From: a plasmid
Reading direction: 5' to 3' (one strand)
Sequence record: NZ_LR134454.1
DNA: 64,000 nucleotides
The position numbers were made by a program, and so were the translations under genes. Below, in pieces: positions 38,622-48,962 of the stretch. Within the stretch, counting starts at the first letter, position 1; each line of letters starts with the position of its first letter. The notes beneath the pieces were generated by a model. The model worked only from the letters and a program-made list of their open reading frames with translations. It ran no database searches and was not told where the DNA came from.

Positions 38622-40466
38622 ATGACGTCAGCCACGATTCCCGGCCTCGAGGGGGATTCGGTCCCCACGAAGCACGCCCAGCTCGTCGAGTGGGTGCGCG
38701 AGGTCGCCGAGCTCACGCAGCCCGACCGCGTGGTGTGGGCCGACGGTTCGGACGCCGAATGGGATCGCCTGACCGCCGAGATGGTCGCCGCGGGCACGTT
38801 CACCAAGCTGAACGACGCGAAGAAGCCCAACTCCTTCCTCGCACTGTCGGACCCGGCGGACGTGGCGCGCGTGGAGTCGCGCACCTACATCTGTTCGGAG
38901 ACCAAGGAGGGCGCGGGCCCGACGAACAACTGGGTCCGTCCCGCCGAGATGCGCGCGACGATGACCGACCTCTACCGCGGCTCGATGCAGGGCCGCACCA
39001 TGTACGTGGTGCCCTTCTGCATGGGCCCGCTGGGCGCCGACGACCCGAAGCTGGGCGTCGAGCTGACCGACAGCCCCTACGTGGTGGTCTCGATGAAGAT
39101 CATGACCCGCATGGGCACCGCGGTGCTGGAGAAGCTGGGCGACGAGGGCTTCTTCGTCAAGGCCATCCACTCCGTGGGCAAGCCGCTCGCGCCGGGCGAG
39201 GCCGACGTGGCGTGGCCCTGCAGCGAGACCAAGTACATCACCCACTTCCCCGAGACCCGCGAGATCTGGTCGTACGGCTCGGGGTACGGCGGCAACGCGC
39301 TGCTGGGCAAGAAGTGCTACGCGCTGCGCATCGCCTCGGCCATGGCGCACGACGAGGGCTGGCTCGCCGAGCACATGCTGATCCTCAAGCTGATCTCGCC
39401 GGAGGACAAGGTCTACTACATCGCCGCGGCGTTCCCGTCGGCCTGCGGTAAGACCAACCTCGCGATGATCCAGCCGACCCTGCCGGGCTGGCGCGCCGAG
39501 ACCGTCGGCGACGACATCGCCTGGATGCGCTTCGGCAAGGACGGCCGCCTGTACGCGGTGAACCCGGAGTTCGGCTTCTTCGGCGTCGCCCCGGGCACGT
39601 CGATGGACTCGAACCCGAACGCGATGAAGACCATCGACGCCGGAAACACCATCTTCACCAACGTCGCCAAGACCGACGACGGCGACGTCTGGTGGGAGGG
39701 CATGTCGGCCGCGCCGCAGCACCTGACCGACTGGCGCGGCGACGACTGGGAGAGCTCCTCCGCCGAGAACGAGGACGGCGTCGTCACCGTCGCCGCGCAC
39801 CCGAACTCGCGGTACACCACCCCGATGTCGCAGTGCCCGTCGATCGCCCCCGAGTGGGACGACCCGCAGGGCGTGCCGATCTCGGCCATCCTGTTCGGCG
39901 GCCGCCGCAAGACGACGGTGCCGCTGGTCACGCAGGCGCGCGACTGGAAGCACGGCGTCTTCATGGGCGCGACCGTCGGCTCGGAGCAGACCGCCGCCGC
40001 CGAGGGCAAGGTGGGCACCGTCCGCCGCGACCCGATGGCGATGCTGCCCTTCCTGGGCTACAACGTGGGCGACTACTTCGACCACTGGCTCACCATCGGC
40101 AAGCAGGCCGACGAGTCGAAGCTGCCGGCCGTGTTCTACGTGAACTGGTTCCGCCGCGGCGAGGACAAGCGCTTCCTGTGGCCCGGATTCGGCGAGAACA
40201 GCCGCGTGCTGAAGTGGATCGTCGACCGCATCGAGGGCAACGCCGCCGGCAAGGAGACGCCGATCGGCATCGTCGCCACCCCGGAGGAGCTGGACCTCAC
40301 CGGCCTGGACACCCCGGTCGCCGACGTCGCCGAGGCGCTGGCCGTGAACGTCGACGAGTGGAAGGGCGAGCTGCCGTCGATCGACGAGTGGTTCGAGTTC
40401 GTCGGCGACAAGCTGCCCACCGGCCTCAAGGACGAGCTGGACGCGCTCAAGCAGCGCCTGGGCTGA
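38622..40466 (+). CDS. pckG: Phosphoenolpyruvate carboxykinase (GTP-dependent).
   Basis: The N-terminus [11 protein letters not shown]...[20 protein letters not shown] is near-identical in pattern to M. tuberculosis PckA (Rv0211). Kinase-1a and GTP motifs [12 protein letters not shown] and YNVGDYF are present. GGAG RBS before the ATG at 38622. Confidence 0.9.
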   Translation: MTSATIPGLEGDSVPTKHAQLVEWVREVAELTQPDRVVWADGSDAEWDRLTAEMVAAGTFTKLNDAKKPNSFLALSDPADVARVESRTYICSETKEGAGPTNNWVRPAEMRATMTDLYRGSMQGRTMYVVPFCMGPLGADDPKLGVELTDSPYVVVSMKIMTRMGTAVLEKLGDEGFFVKAIHSVGKPLAPGEADVAWPCSETKYITHFPETREIWSYGSGYGGNALLGKKCYALRIASAMAHDEGWLAEHMLILKLISPEDKVYYIAAAFPSACGKTNLAMIQPTLPGWRAETVGDDIAWMRFGKDGRLYAVNPEFGFFGVAPGTSMDSNPNAMKTIDAGNTIFTNVAKTDDGDVWWEGMSAAPQHLTDWRGDDWESSSAENEDGVVTVAAHPNSRYTTPMSQCPSIAPEWDDPQGVPISAILFGGRRKTTVPLVTQARDWKHGVFMGATVGSEQTAAAEGKVGTVRRDPMAMLPFLGYNVGDYFDHWLTIGKQADESKLPAVFYVNWFRRGEDKRFLWPGFGENSRVLKWIVDRIEGNAAGKETPIGIVATPEELDLTGLDTPVADVAEALAVNVDEWKGELPSIDEWFEFVGDKLPTGLKDELDALKQRLG

Positions 40467-40477
40467 TCCCCTGACAC

Positions 40478-40515
40478 GCACTGCGCCCCCGCCGAGACCG
40501 GCGGGGGCGCAGTGC
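40478..40515. terminator. Strong GC-rich hairpin shared by the convergent pckG and fadD genes.
   Basis: GCACTGCGCCCCCGCC-gagacc-GGCGGGGGCGCAGTGC, a perfect 16-bp stem. Confidence 0.7.
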
Positions 40516-40545
40516 TGTCCGGGCTACCGCAGACGGCGCTCCGCG

Positions 40546-42078
40546 TCAGGAGCGCGACCAGTCCCGCTGCCGCAGGTCGCGCTTGAGGATCTTCCCCGCG
40601 CCGGAGACGGGCAGTGCCTCGACGAAGGCGACGGACCGCGGCAGTTTGTAGTTCGCGATGTGCACGCGCGCGAAGTCCCGGAGCTCGTCGCCGGTGACGG
40701 ACGCGCCGGGGGCTAGCACGACGACGGCGTGCACCCGCTCGCCCCACTCCTCGTCGGGCACGCCGATCACGGCGACCTGCGCGACCGCGGGGTGCTTGGC
40801 GAGCGCGTTCTCGACCTCCACCGAGTAGACGTTCTCGCCGCCGGTGATCACCATGTCCTTGATGCGGTCGGCCACGAAGACGTATCCGTCCTCGTTCATG
40901 TAGCCAGCGTCGCCGGTGTGCATCCACCCGCCGCGCAGCGCCTCGGCGGTCTCGGTCTCCTTGTTCCAGTAGCCCGCCATGAGGTGGTCGCCGCGGGCGA
41001 CGATCTCGCCCACCTCGCCACGCGGCAGTTCGACGTCGTCGGGGCCCACGATCCGCACCTCGGAGTGTGCTGCCGGGCGGCCGCAGCTGCGCCGTAGAGC
41101 GGGGTCGTCGTGGTCCTCGGCGGTGAGGAGGGTGGCGACGGGGGCCAGTTCCGTCATTCCGTAGGCCTGCGTGAGCCGCGCCTCCGGAAGCAGCGCGTGT
41201 GTCCGCTCGAGCACGGCCTCGGAGATCGGCGAGGCGCCGTACATGATCCGGGTCAGGCTCGACAGATCCGCGGACCGTCCCTCGGGGGAGTCGATGAGCA
41301 TCTGGATCATCGTGGGCACGAGCAGGGCGTCCGTCACGCGGTGTTCCTCGATCGCGGCGGCCACCCCCGCCGGTGTGAACGACGGGACCATGACGTGCGT
41401 GGCCCTCGTGAGGCACGCGATGGTCCACGCCGCGAGGTCGGCGAGGTGGAACATGGGCGCCGCGTGCAGGAGGACACCGCCGCGGTTGAGCATGCCGGTG
41501 GTGACCAGCGAGCCCATCGCCGACGTGAGGCACGCGCGGTGGGAGAGCATCACGCCCTTCGGGGTGCCGGTGGTGCCGCCGGTGTAGAAGATCCCGTACA
41601 GGTCGTCGCCGTGACGCCGGGCGTCCTCGATCGGTGCGGTGGAGGCGATCAGTGCCTCGTAGCCGAGCATCCCGGCGGGGACCGCGCCCTCGCCCGCGTG
41701 GATCACCGACGTCACGTTCGGTGCGAGGGCACGCAGCTCCGGGACGAGGGGGGCGAACGCGTCGTCGACCACCAGGAGGTCCGTCCCGCAGTCGGCGAGG
41801 GAGTAGGCGATCTCGGCGGCGCTCCAGCGCACGTTGACCGGATTGACCACGCATCCCGCCCAGGGCGTCGCGAGCAGGACCTCGTGGTAACGGTCGCTGT
41901 TGAGCGACAGGATGCCGATCCGGTCACCGTCCTGTGCGCCCAGGCCGCGGAACGCGCCCGCGAGCCGCGCGACCCGGTCGGCCGTCTCGGCGGCCGTGCG
42001 GCGGCGGTCGCGGTACACCGTCACCACGTGCTGGGGCACGGCCTGTGCGGTCTGGGACAGCGATTGTGTGATCTGCAC
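40546..42078 (-). CDS. Fatty-acid--CoA ligase (FadD-type, ANL superfamily).
   Basis: [31 protein letters not shown]...E and LPVSGAGKILK. GTG start with GGAGGA 5 nt upstream. Confidence 0.85.
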   Translation of the reverse strand: MQITQSLSQTAQAVPQHVVTVYRDRRRTAAETADRVARLAGAFRGLGAQDGDRIGILSLNSDRYHEVLLATPWAGCVVNPVNVRWSAAEIAYSLADCGTDLLVVDDAFAPLVPELRALAPNVTSVIHAGEGAVPAGMLGYEALIASTAPIEDARRHGDDLYGIFYTGGTTGTPKGVMLSHRACLTSAMGSLVTTGMLNRGGVLLHAAPMFHLADLAAWTIACLTRATHVMVPSFTPAGVAAAIEEHRVTDALLVPTMIQMLIDSPEGRSADLSSLTRIMYGASPISEAVLERTHALLPEARLTQAYGMTELAPVATLLTAEDHDDPALRRSCGRPAAHSEVRIVGPDDVELPRGEVGEIVARGDHLMAGYWNKETETAEALRGGWMHTGDAGYMNEDGYVFVADRIKDMVITGGENVYSVEVENALAKHPAVAQVAVIGVPDEEWGERVHAVVVLAPGASVTGDELRDFARVHIANYKLPRSVAFVEALPVSGAGKILKRDLRQRDWSRS

Positions 42079-42197
42079 GGCAATCCTCCGAGGAGTGAAC
42101 GGCTACCAGTGTGATGCTGGCTACAACGAGATCGACTATTGCATGTCAGGATGGATCCGTGCAATAAATGTGAATATCCAATCGTACGGAGGTAGAA

Positions 42198-43379
42198 ATG
42201 AGTCGCACATTCGTCGCCGGCGTCGGGATGGTGCCGTTCGCCACCCCGCGCACGGCCGAGCCCTACGACGTGATGGCTCCGGCCGCGATCCGGGCCGCCC
42301 TCACTGATGCGGGCGTCGAGCTCGCGGACGTACAACAGGCCTACGCCGGGTACGTCTACGGCGATTCGACGAGCGGCCAGCGCGCGCTGTACCGGGTCGG
42401 AACGACGGGGATCCCCGTCGTCAACGTGAACAACAACTGCTCGACCGGCTCGTCCGCGCTCTTCCTCGCGCGCCAGGCCGTCGCGTCCGGCGCCGCGGAC
42501 TGCGTGCTCGCCTTCGGTTTCGAGCAGATGGAGCGCGGCGCGCTCGCCATCAAGTGGCCCGACCGGCCGAGCCCGTTCGTCGACTTCATGGCGATCGCGG
42601 AGGAGCGGAACGGTGCCAGTGAAGCGCCGTTCGCCGCTCAGCTCTTCGGCGGCGCGGGCGCCGAGTACGCCGAGCGCTACGGCGTCGCACCGGAGACCTT
42701 CGCCAAAGTGGCGGTCAAGGCCCGCACCCACGCCGCGAACAACCCGTTCGCGGTGTTCCGGGACCCGGTCACCGTCGAGCAGGTGCTGGCCTCTCCCCAG
42801 ATCTTCGGCCCGCTCACGCGCCTGCAGTGCTGCCCGCCCACCTGCGGGGCCGCCGCCGCGATCATCGTCAGCGAGGAGTTCGCCCGCGCCCGCGGCCTGC
42901 GCACGACGGTCGCGATCGCCGCGCAGGCGATGACCACCGACGGTGCCGCGACGTTCGACGGATCGCTGATGAACCTCGTCGGTGCGGACATGAGCCGTCG
43001 GGCCGCGGACCAGGTGTACGAGGCCGCGGGCGTCGACCCGGGCGACGTGCGGGTCGTGGAGTTGCACGACTGCTTCACGGCGAACGAAATCCTCTCGTAC
43101 GAGTCCCTGCGGCTCACTCCGGACGGGACCGCGGAGAAGTTCATCGAGGACGGCGACAACACCTACGGCGGCGCGGTGGTCACCAATCCATCGGGCGGTC
43201 TGCTGTCCAAGGGGCATCCCCTCGGCGCGACGGGCCTGGCCCAGTGCGCGGAACTGTCCTGGCAGCTGCGCGGTGAGGCCGGGGCCCGCCAGGTCGACGG
43301 CGCCACCCTCGCCCTGCAGCACAACATCGGGCTCGGCGGTGCGGCCGTCGTGACCCTCTACGAGCGGGGAGACCGATGA
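42198..43379 (+). CDS. Thiolase-like non-specific lipid-transfer protein (Ltp/SCPx-type 3-ketoacyl-CoA thiolase).
   Basis: Thiolase N- and C-terminal domains with NNNCSTGSSA and GLGGAAVV. Confidence 0.8.
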   Translation: MSRTFVAGVGMVPFATPRTAEPYDVMAPAAIRAALTDAGVELADVQQAYAGYVYGDSTSGQRALYRVGTTGIPVVNVNNNCSTGSSALFLARQAVASGAADCVLAFGFEQMERGALAIKWPDRPSPFVDFMAIAEERNGASEAPFAAQLFGGAGAEYAERYGVAPETFAKVAVKARTHAANNPFAVFRDPVTVEQVLASPQIFGPLTRLQCCPPTCGAAAAIIVSEEFARARGLRTTVAIAAQAMTTDGAATFDGSLMNLVGADMSRRAADQVYEAAGVDPGDVRVVELHDCFTANEILSYESLRLTPDGTAEKFIEDGDNTYGGAVVTNPSGGLLSKGHPLGATGLAQCAELSWQLRGEAGARQVDGATLALQHNIGLGGAAVVTLYERGDR

Positions 43380-43837
43380 GCATCGACCGCGACGCCGCGC
43401 TGGCGCTCGCCCTGCCCGAGTTCCCCGTCGACGTCGAGCGCGGCCGGTTGCGGTTCTTCGCGCAGGCGATCGGCGAGACCGATCCCGTGTTCACCGATCT
43501 CGGCGCCGCCCGCGCCGCGGGCCACCGCGACCTGCCCGCCCCGCCGACCTTCGTCTTCAGCCTCGCGCTGGAGGCGCCGGACCCCTTCGGCTACCTCGGC
43601 GACCTCGGAATCGACCTGCGGCACATCTTGCACGGCGAGCAGCGCTTCGACCACCATGCCGTCGTGTACGCCGGTGACCGGATCACCGTGCGGGAAAGCA
43701 TCGTCGACGTCTACGCCAAGAGCGGCGGCGCCCTCGATTTCCTGGTCAAGCGGTCCGAGTTCCTCCGCGACGGCGAGCCGGTCGCCACGGCCACCTCGAC
43801 GATCGTCGTCCGTCGCCCGCAGGAGGCCGCCGCATGA
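43376..43837 (+). CDS. MaoC-like hotdog hydratase subunit (N-terminal type).
   Basis: 153 aa. The start overlaps the ltp stop. Hotdog-fold composition, paired with the downstream MaoC dehydratase. Confidence 0.65.
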   Translation: MSIDRDAALALALPEFPVDVERGRLRFFAQAIGETDPVFTDLGAARAAGHRDLPAPPTFVFSLALEAPDPFGYLGDLGIDLRHILHGEQRFDHHAVVYAGDRITVRESIVDVYAKSGGALDFLVKRSEFLRDGEPVATATSTIVVRRPQEAAA

Positions 43838-44232
43838 GCGCATCCATCGACGTGGGCACCCAACTGCCCCCGCTCGCCGTCGGTGAGATCACGCGCACCA
43901 CCCTCGCACTGTTCGCGGGCGCGAGCGGCGACCACAACCCCATGCACATCGACCTGGACGTCGCCCGGTCCGCCGGACTCGACGACGTCTTCGCCCACGG
44001 CATGCTCGGCATGGCGCACCTGGGCCGAATGGTGACGGATTGGGCCGGCGTGCAGCGCATCCGCAGCTTCGCGGTGCGGTTCGTCGCCATCACGCCCGTG
44101 CATGCGGAGCCGGTCTGCCGGGGCACGGTCGTCGCGGTCGACGATGCCGCCGGCACCGCCATCCTGGACCTCACGGTCACCCTCGCCGACGGCACCACGA
44201 CCCTCACGGGCACCGCCGTCGTCGATCTCTGA
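43834..44232 (+). CDS. MaoC-family (R)-specific enoyl-CoA hydratase/dehydratase.
   Basis: GASGDHNPMHIDLDVARSAGLDDVFAHGM is the MaoC hydratase motif. Confidence 0.8.
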   Translation: MSASIDVGTQLPPLAVGEITRTTLALFAGASGDHNPMHIDLDVARSAGLDDVFAHGMLGMAHLGRMVTDWAGVQRIRSFAVRFVAITPVHAEPVCRGTVVAVDDAAGTAILDLTVTLADGTTTLTGTAVVDL

Positions 44233-44256
44233 CCCCCACCCCGAAGGAGCACAACC

Positions 44257-45087
44257 ATGTCCGCACTGAACGGCAAGATCGCCGTCGTCACCGGCTCCGG
44301 CCGCGGTATCGGCCGCGAGATCGCCCTCAAGCTCGCCGCCGACGGCGCCGCGATCGTGGTCAACGACCTCGACGAGGAGCCCGCCGCGCAGACCGTCGCC
44401 GACATCGAGGCGGCGGGCGGCCGTGCCGTCGCCTGCCCCGGCAGCGTCACCGAGGAGGGCTTCGCCGAGCGCTTCGTCGGCACGGCCGTCGATGAGCTCG
44501 GCGGGCTCGACATCATCGTCAACAATGCCGGGTACACGTGGGACTCGGTCGTGCAGAAAATGACCGACGAGCAGTGGGACGCGATTCTCGACGTGCACCT
44601 CAAGGCCCCGTTCCGGATCTTGCGCGCCGCCCAGCCGGTGATCTCGGGTCTCGTGAAGGCCGCCCGTGCGGAGGGCCGCGAGGTGCCGTGTCGCAAGGTG
44701 GTCAACATCTCCTCGATCGCCGGGCTCGGCGGCAACGCGGGCCAGGCCAATTACGCCGCGGCCAAGGCGGGCGTCACGGGCCTGACGAAGACGATCGCCA
44801 AGGAGTGGGGCCGGTACAACGTCACCGTCAACACCATCGCCTTCGGCCTCATCACGACCCGCCTGACCGAGGCCCCGGCCGGCGGCGACGGCAGCATCGA
44901 CGTCGCGGGACGGGAGATCAAGGTGGGCGTCAATCCACAGCTGCTCGACGCGATGGCGGCCCAGATCCCGCTGGGCCGCGCGGGCACTCCCCAGGAGGCC
45001 GCCGGCGCCGTGTACCTGTTGTGCCGGCCGGAGTCCGACTACGTCAGCGCGCAGACTCTGGTGTGCGGCGGCGGCTACATGATCTAG
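44257..45087 (+). CDS. Short-chain dehydrogenase/reductase, 3-oxoacyl-(ACP/CoA) reductase-like.
   Basis: TGSGRGIGREIA cofactor-binding motif. Catalytic NISS...Y..AK triad (NISSIAGLGGNAGQANYAAAKAG). Confidence 0.85.
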   Translation: MSALNGKIAVVTGSGRGIGREIALKLAADGAAIVVNDLDEEPAAQTVADIEAAGGRAVACPGSVTEEGFAERFVGTAVDELGGLDIIVNNAGYTWDSVVQKMTDEQWDAILDVHLKAPFRILRAAQPVISGLVKAARAEGREVPCRKVVNISSIAGLGGNAGQANYAAAKAGVTGLTKTIAKEWGRYNVTVNTIAFGLITTRLTEAPAGGDGSIDVAGREIKVGVNPQLLDAMAAQIPLGRAGTPQEAAGAVYLLCRPESDYVSAQTLVCGGGYMI

Positions 45088-45107
45088 GCGCCCTAGGCTT
45101 GGACCCC

Positions 45108-46268
45108 ATGGAGGCGACATCGGTGGTGCGCTCGCGGCCGGCCAATCGGCGCGAGCTGATCATCGAGGCCGCGGCCACGGCGTTCGCGGCTCGCGGCTAT
45201 GAGAACGTCGCGATGAGCGCCGTCGCCGAGGCCGTGGGAGTGCGCCCCTCCGCTCTGTACCGGCACTTCGCGAACAAGGAGGCGATGCTCGCGGCGGCGT
45301 TCGAGGGGTACGTCCTGGACCTGCGGGAGGCCCTCGCGGCGGGGTCGGAAGGGGACCGGTTCGGGCCGCTGATCGACCGGACGCTGGCGCATCGTGCCGC
45401 GGGCCGGCTCTGGATCCGGGAGGCCCGCTACCTCCCGGCGGACTCGGTCGCCGTGGTTCGCGAGGGACTCCTGGCGGACCTCGATGCGGTGGTCGCGGCG
45501 CCGGGCGACGGTGCCGGAGCGCGGGTGCGGTCCATCGCCGTGCTCGGCGTCCTGCTCAGTACGGCGATGCACGCCACGGAATCGGCGGTGCCACCGATGC
45601 GGGCGCTCCTCTCCGCGTTGGTGTCCCGTGCGGCGGCGGGGCCACTGGCGGCGGACGGGGCCCCCGTCGTCGCGCCGCGCGGCCTGCCCCGGATCGCCAA
45701 GCGCGAGCAGATCCTCGCTGCCGCGGTCGAGTTGTTCGCGGCCCGGACCTACGACGGAGTCGCGTTGGACGACATCGCCGCCGCGGTCGACCTCGCACCG
45801 TCGAGCATCTACAACCACTTCGCCAGCAAGGAGGAGATCCTCGCCTCGGCGCTGCACCGCGCCAACGGTTTCGTCCAGGTGGATCTGGACGAGGTGCTCG
45901 CCGCCACCGACGACCCCGGTCTCGCGCTCCACGCGATCGTGGAGCGGTACGCGGGCTTCGCGGTGCGCCACCCCGGAATGACCCAGGCCATCGTCTCCGA
46001 GATCGGCGAGCTCACCGAGCGGGAGAGCGCCGTCCTGATCGACGCTCAGCGGGCCTACGTGGGCGAATGGGTCCACCTGTACGGCAGCGTCGACCACGCC
46101 GATTCCTCGGCGCGTCGGGTCGCGGTGATGGCGGCGATCACCGCGGTCAATCAGCTCGCGTGCACGCCGGGGGCCCCGCGCGGAGCGGAAAGAGCTGCGC
46201 TGGTGACGGCGTACGGGCGCAGGATCCTCGGTGTCGACGGGGCGCGGGCCCCGCTTCCACGGGCCTGA
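45108..46268 (+). CDS. Tandem (double) TetR-family regulator.
   Basis: Two TetR_N HTH units, ELIIEAAATAFAARGYENVAMSAVAEAVGVRPSALYRHFANKEAML and ILAAAVELFAARTYDGVALDDIAAAVDLAPSSIYNHFASKEEIL. Confidence 0.75.
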   Translation: MEATSVVRSRPANRRELIIEAAATAFAARGYENVAMSAVAEAVGVRPSALYRHFANKEAMLAAAFEGYVLDLREALAAGSEGDRFGPLIDRTLAHRAAGRLWIREARYLPADSVAVVREGLLADLDAVVAAPGDGAGARVRSIAVLGVLLSTAMHATESAVPPMRALLSALVSRAAAGPLAADGAPVVAPRGLPRIAKREQILAAAVELFAARTYDGVALDDIAAAVDLAPSSIYNHFASKEEILASALHRANGFVQVDLDEVLAATDDPGLALHAIVERYAGFAVRHPGMTQAIVSEIGELTERESAVLIDAQRAYVGEWVHLYGSVDHADSSARRVAVMAAITAVNQLACTPGAPRGAERAALVTAYGRRILGVDGARAPLPRA

Positions 46269-46283
46269 CGGCGCGGCGCCGGT

Positions 46284-47282
46284 TCAGAGCCGGGTGCCGC
46301 GGCCGTACCGGCCGAACTCGAGCAGGATCAGCGCGGCCGCGACCCGCACGAGCTGGTGCGGGCGCAGCATGACCGCGCGCTCCTGGTCGAAGGAGCGGTA
46401 CTTGCGCAGGTAGCGGTACAGCCGCTCGACGTGCAGCAGCGGGTCGAAGGCGTGAACGGCCCGCCGGGCCGCAGCGCGGGCCCACGGATGCCGCAGGGCC
46501 GTCGCGTCGTCGGCGAACAGGTCGGGGAAGGGTGCGAAGGCGAGGGAGACGCGCTTGTAGCCGTGGTCGCGCGCCCACGCGATGGTCTCCAGCGTGAGCC
46601 GCTCGTCCACGCCGTTGGGCGCCCGGCGCGCGCGGAGCGGCAGGTCGAGCGAGAGGTCCTCGGGTCCGGCGGGCAGGTACCGGTGCGCGGCGCAGACGGT
46701 GCCGTCGGCCGTCCTGGCGAGGGCGAAGACCCCGTCGGGCGTGGCGCCGTCGAGCATGCGTCCCAGGATCATCGAGAAGCCGCGGGTGGGATCGTGCCCC
46801 GCGAGGGTCTCCATCCGGCGGACGGCCTGCCGGTCCAGGTCGGTGACGTCGGCCTCCCTCACGATCTCGACGGTGACGCCCGCGTTGCGGGTGCGGGAGA
46901 CGGCCTGGCGGAGGTTGCGGAACCGTCGTCCGACGAGGTCGAAGGAGCAGGTGTCGACGACGACGTCGCGGCCGATGGGCACCGCCCGCAGGCCGTGCGC
47001 CTCCCACAGCGGGCGGGCGGCCTCCCCGGCCCCCAGCACCGCGATCGGGCGGCGCCCGGCGCGCCGCACGAATTCCGCGACCGCGGCAGCGCGGGCCTCG
47101 GGGGTGAGGCCGACGGGGTCGCCGCTCGCGACGACCACGCCGAGCCGGATCGCGTAGCCCAGCACTGCGTTCCCGTCGGGGGAGGCGATGTGGGCCTTCT
47201 CGGGCCGGAGGGCGAACGGTGCGAGGGGATCGCCGACCGACCGGCCGACCAGGTCCGAGACGCTTCGGTTGCCGAAGGACAT
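46284..47282 (-). CDS. DUF2156 protein (phosphatidylglycerol lysyltransferase/MprF C-terminal acyltransferase-like domain), standalone.
   Basis: 332 aa with a GNAT-like tandem fold composition typical of the aminoacyl-PG synthase C-terminal domain. Assignment is by pattern and carries moderate confidence. Confidence 0.5.
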   Translation of the reverse strand: MSFGNRSVSDLVGRSVGDPLAPFALRPEKAHIASPDGNAVLGYAIRLGVVVASGDPVGLTPEARAAAVAEFVRRAGRRPIAVLGAGEAARPLWEAHGLRAVPIGRDVVVDTCSFDLVGRRFRNLRQAVSRTRNAGVTVEIVREADVTDLDRQAVRRMETLAGHDPTRGFSMILGRMLDGATPDGVFALARTADGTVCAAHRYLPAGPEDLSLDLPLRARRAPNGVDERLTLETIAWARDHGYKRVSLAFAPFPDLFADDATALRHPWARAAARRAVHAFDPLLHVERLYRYLRKYRSFDQERAVMLRPHQLVRVAAALILLEFGRYGRGTRL

Positions 47283-47861
47283 GGTTCGATTATGCGCTCG
47301 CGCGCGATTCCGGTCCCGGTGGGGCGGCCGCCCCGGCGATTTCGACGGGGCCGCAGCGCCGTTCGCGCGACGAGACCGCTGAGGCGGAACGTCGAGACAG
47401 TGGGCGACGCGATGTCGCACGCCGGACGGCTCGGGACGCGATGGCAAATCGTACGGTGTACTGATTGTGTCGGAAGTGGCGGCGGCAATCGCCGTCGGCG
47501 AGGGTTCGGTGCCGTGACGGGTGCGATTGTGGGGTGTGATCGAAAAAATTACCGCCGCGAAACACTCTGCCCTTCACGGTGGGCAAGACAGTTTCCGAAG
47601 ACGCTTTCCGCGCATGTGGTCGCGTTCACATCGTGTTGGTTTTGTTACCTGTGTCCCCTGGATTCCGATTCGTTACTCGTGTTGGCTCGGAGATGGGTCG
47701 AATCGGTAGCCATAGCAACCACCTCCGAGTTCTCTTTCACATCAATGCTTCTCATCCGCGCGTCGCGAGCACATCGCCGGTGTCGCGGTGATCGGTGCTG
47801 CGCTGTGGACGCCGGGTCGGCCGCCGAGGGAATGGTCGTGCGCGAGGGAGAAGGAGAATTC

Positions 47862-48911
47862 ATGTCCAGGTATCAGGGACGGCATCGTAAGGACGTCCGG
47901 ACGGCCGTGTCGGTGACGCGGATGACGGCATCGGCGGCCGCGGCCGTCGCGGCGGGGTCGATCTGGCTCGGCGCGGGCGCCGCGCAGGCCGGCGGCGACC
48001 CGTCGCAGCCTCCCGCTCCCGTCCAGCCTGCGGGCCCGGGCAAGCCCGGTGCCCCCGCGAAGCCCGCCGGTCCGGCGAAGCCGGGCGGTCCGGCGTCGAC
48101 CGCCGGGACGGCGGGGACGGCGAAACCCGGTGCGCCGGTGGGCTCCGCAGGTGCGCCTGCGGCCGCGGGCGGGCAAGGCTCCAGCGGAGCGGGCGCGGGC
48201 GGGAACGGTACGGGCGCCGCAGCTCCCGGCGCCTCGGGCCGTACGAGTGGCGCGGGCGGCGCGGGCGGTGGCGGCGGTGCGCAGGCCGCCACGGCACAGG
48301 GCGGCGGTGCCCAGGGTGGCGCCGGGCAGCAGGGCGCAGCAGCACAGCCGGTCGGAACGGCGCAGCAGGGCGGCGGCGCCGGTGGGACCGGCGCCCGCGG
48401 TACCGGCACGGGCGCGGGTGGCGGAACCGCGGGCCGCACCGCCCCGCAGGGCACGACGCCGCAGGGCGTGGCACCTCAGGGTGCGTCCCCGCAGGCCGCA
48501 GGCCCGCAGGCGCCCTCGGCCGCGGGTGGCGGCGGCGCGACGGGTGCGGGCGCACCCGACTCCGACTCGACCGTCCAGGCAGCGGGCACGGGTGCGGCCG
48601 CGAGCGCCTCGGCGCCCGGCGCGGACCGCGACACCGCCGCCTCGCTCGCGGGGACCGGATCCACCGGCGCGCGGGCCGAGGGCACCACCGGTACCGCGGG
48701 TGGCGTGACCTCAAACGGTTCGGGCGGCTCCGCGTCCACCGGCGCGGGCGGCGCGAGCGGTTCCACCACCGGCGGGTCGGGCGCGGGCGGCGCCGCGTCG
48801 TCCACGGACGCCGGCGTCGCGGCCTCCGTCCCGGGCGCGTCCACCTCGTCGGGTTCCGACGCGGGAGGCGGCCTGCTCAGCGACGTCCTCGACGCGATCC
48901 CGCTCCTCTAG
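47862..48911 (+). CDS. Secreted Gly/Ala/Thr/Gln-rich low-complexity protein.
   Basis: Signal peptide MTASAAAAVAAGSIWLGAGAAQA, then PAxPxKPG collagen-like PG repeats, then a GGxGxAG-rich region. GGGAGAAGGAGAA RBS. Preceded by a ~580-bp lower-GC leader. Confidence 0.55.
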   Translation: MSRYQGRHRKDVRTAVSVTRMTASAAAAVAAGSIWLGAGAAQAGGDPSQPPAPVQPAGPGKPGAPAKPAGPAKPGGPASTAGTAGTAKPGAPVGSAGAPAAAGGQGSSGAGAGGNGTGAAAPGASGRTSGAGGAGGGGGAQAATAQGGGAQGGAGQQGAAAQPVGTAQQGGGAGGTGARGTGTGAGGGTAGRTAPQGTTPQGVAPQGASPQAAGPQAPSAAGGGGATGAGAPDSDSTVQAAGTGAAASASAPGADRDTAASLAGTGSTGARAEGTTGTAGGVTSNGSGGSASTGAGGASGSTTGGSGAGGAASSTDAGVAASVPGASTSSGSDAGGGLLSDVLDAIPLL

Positions 48912-48962
48912 CGACGACCGTCGTGCCCCCGCGGCGGGGCACGGCGGTGGGTCGGCGGGCCG

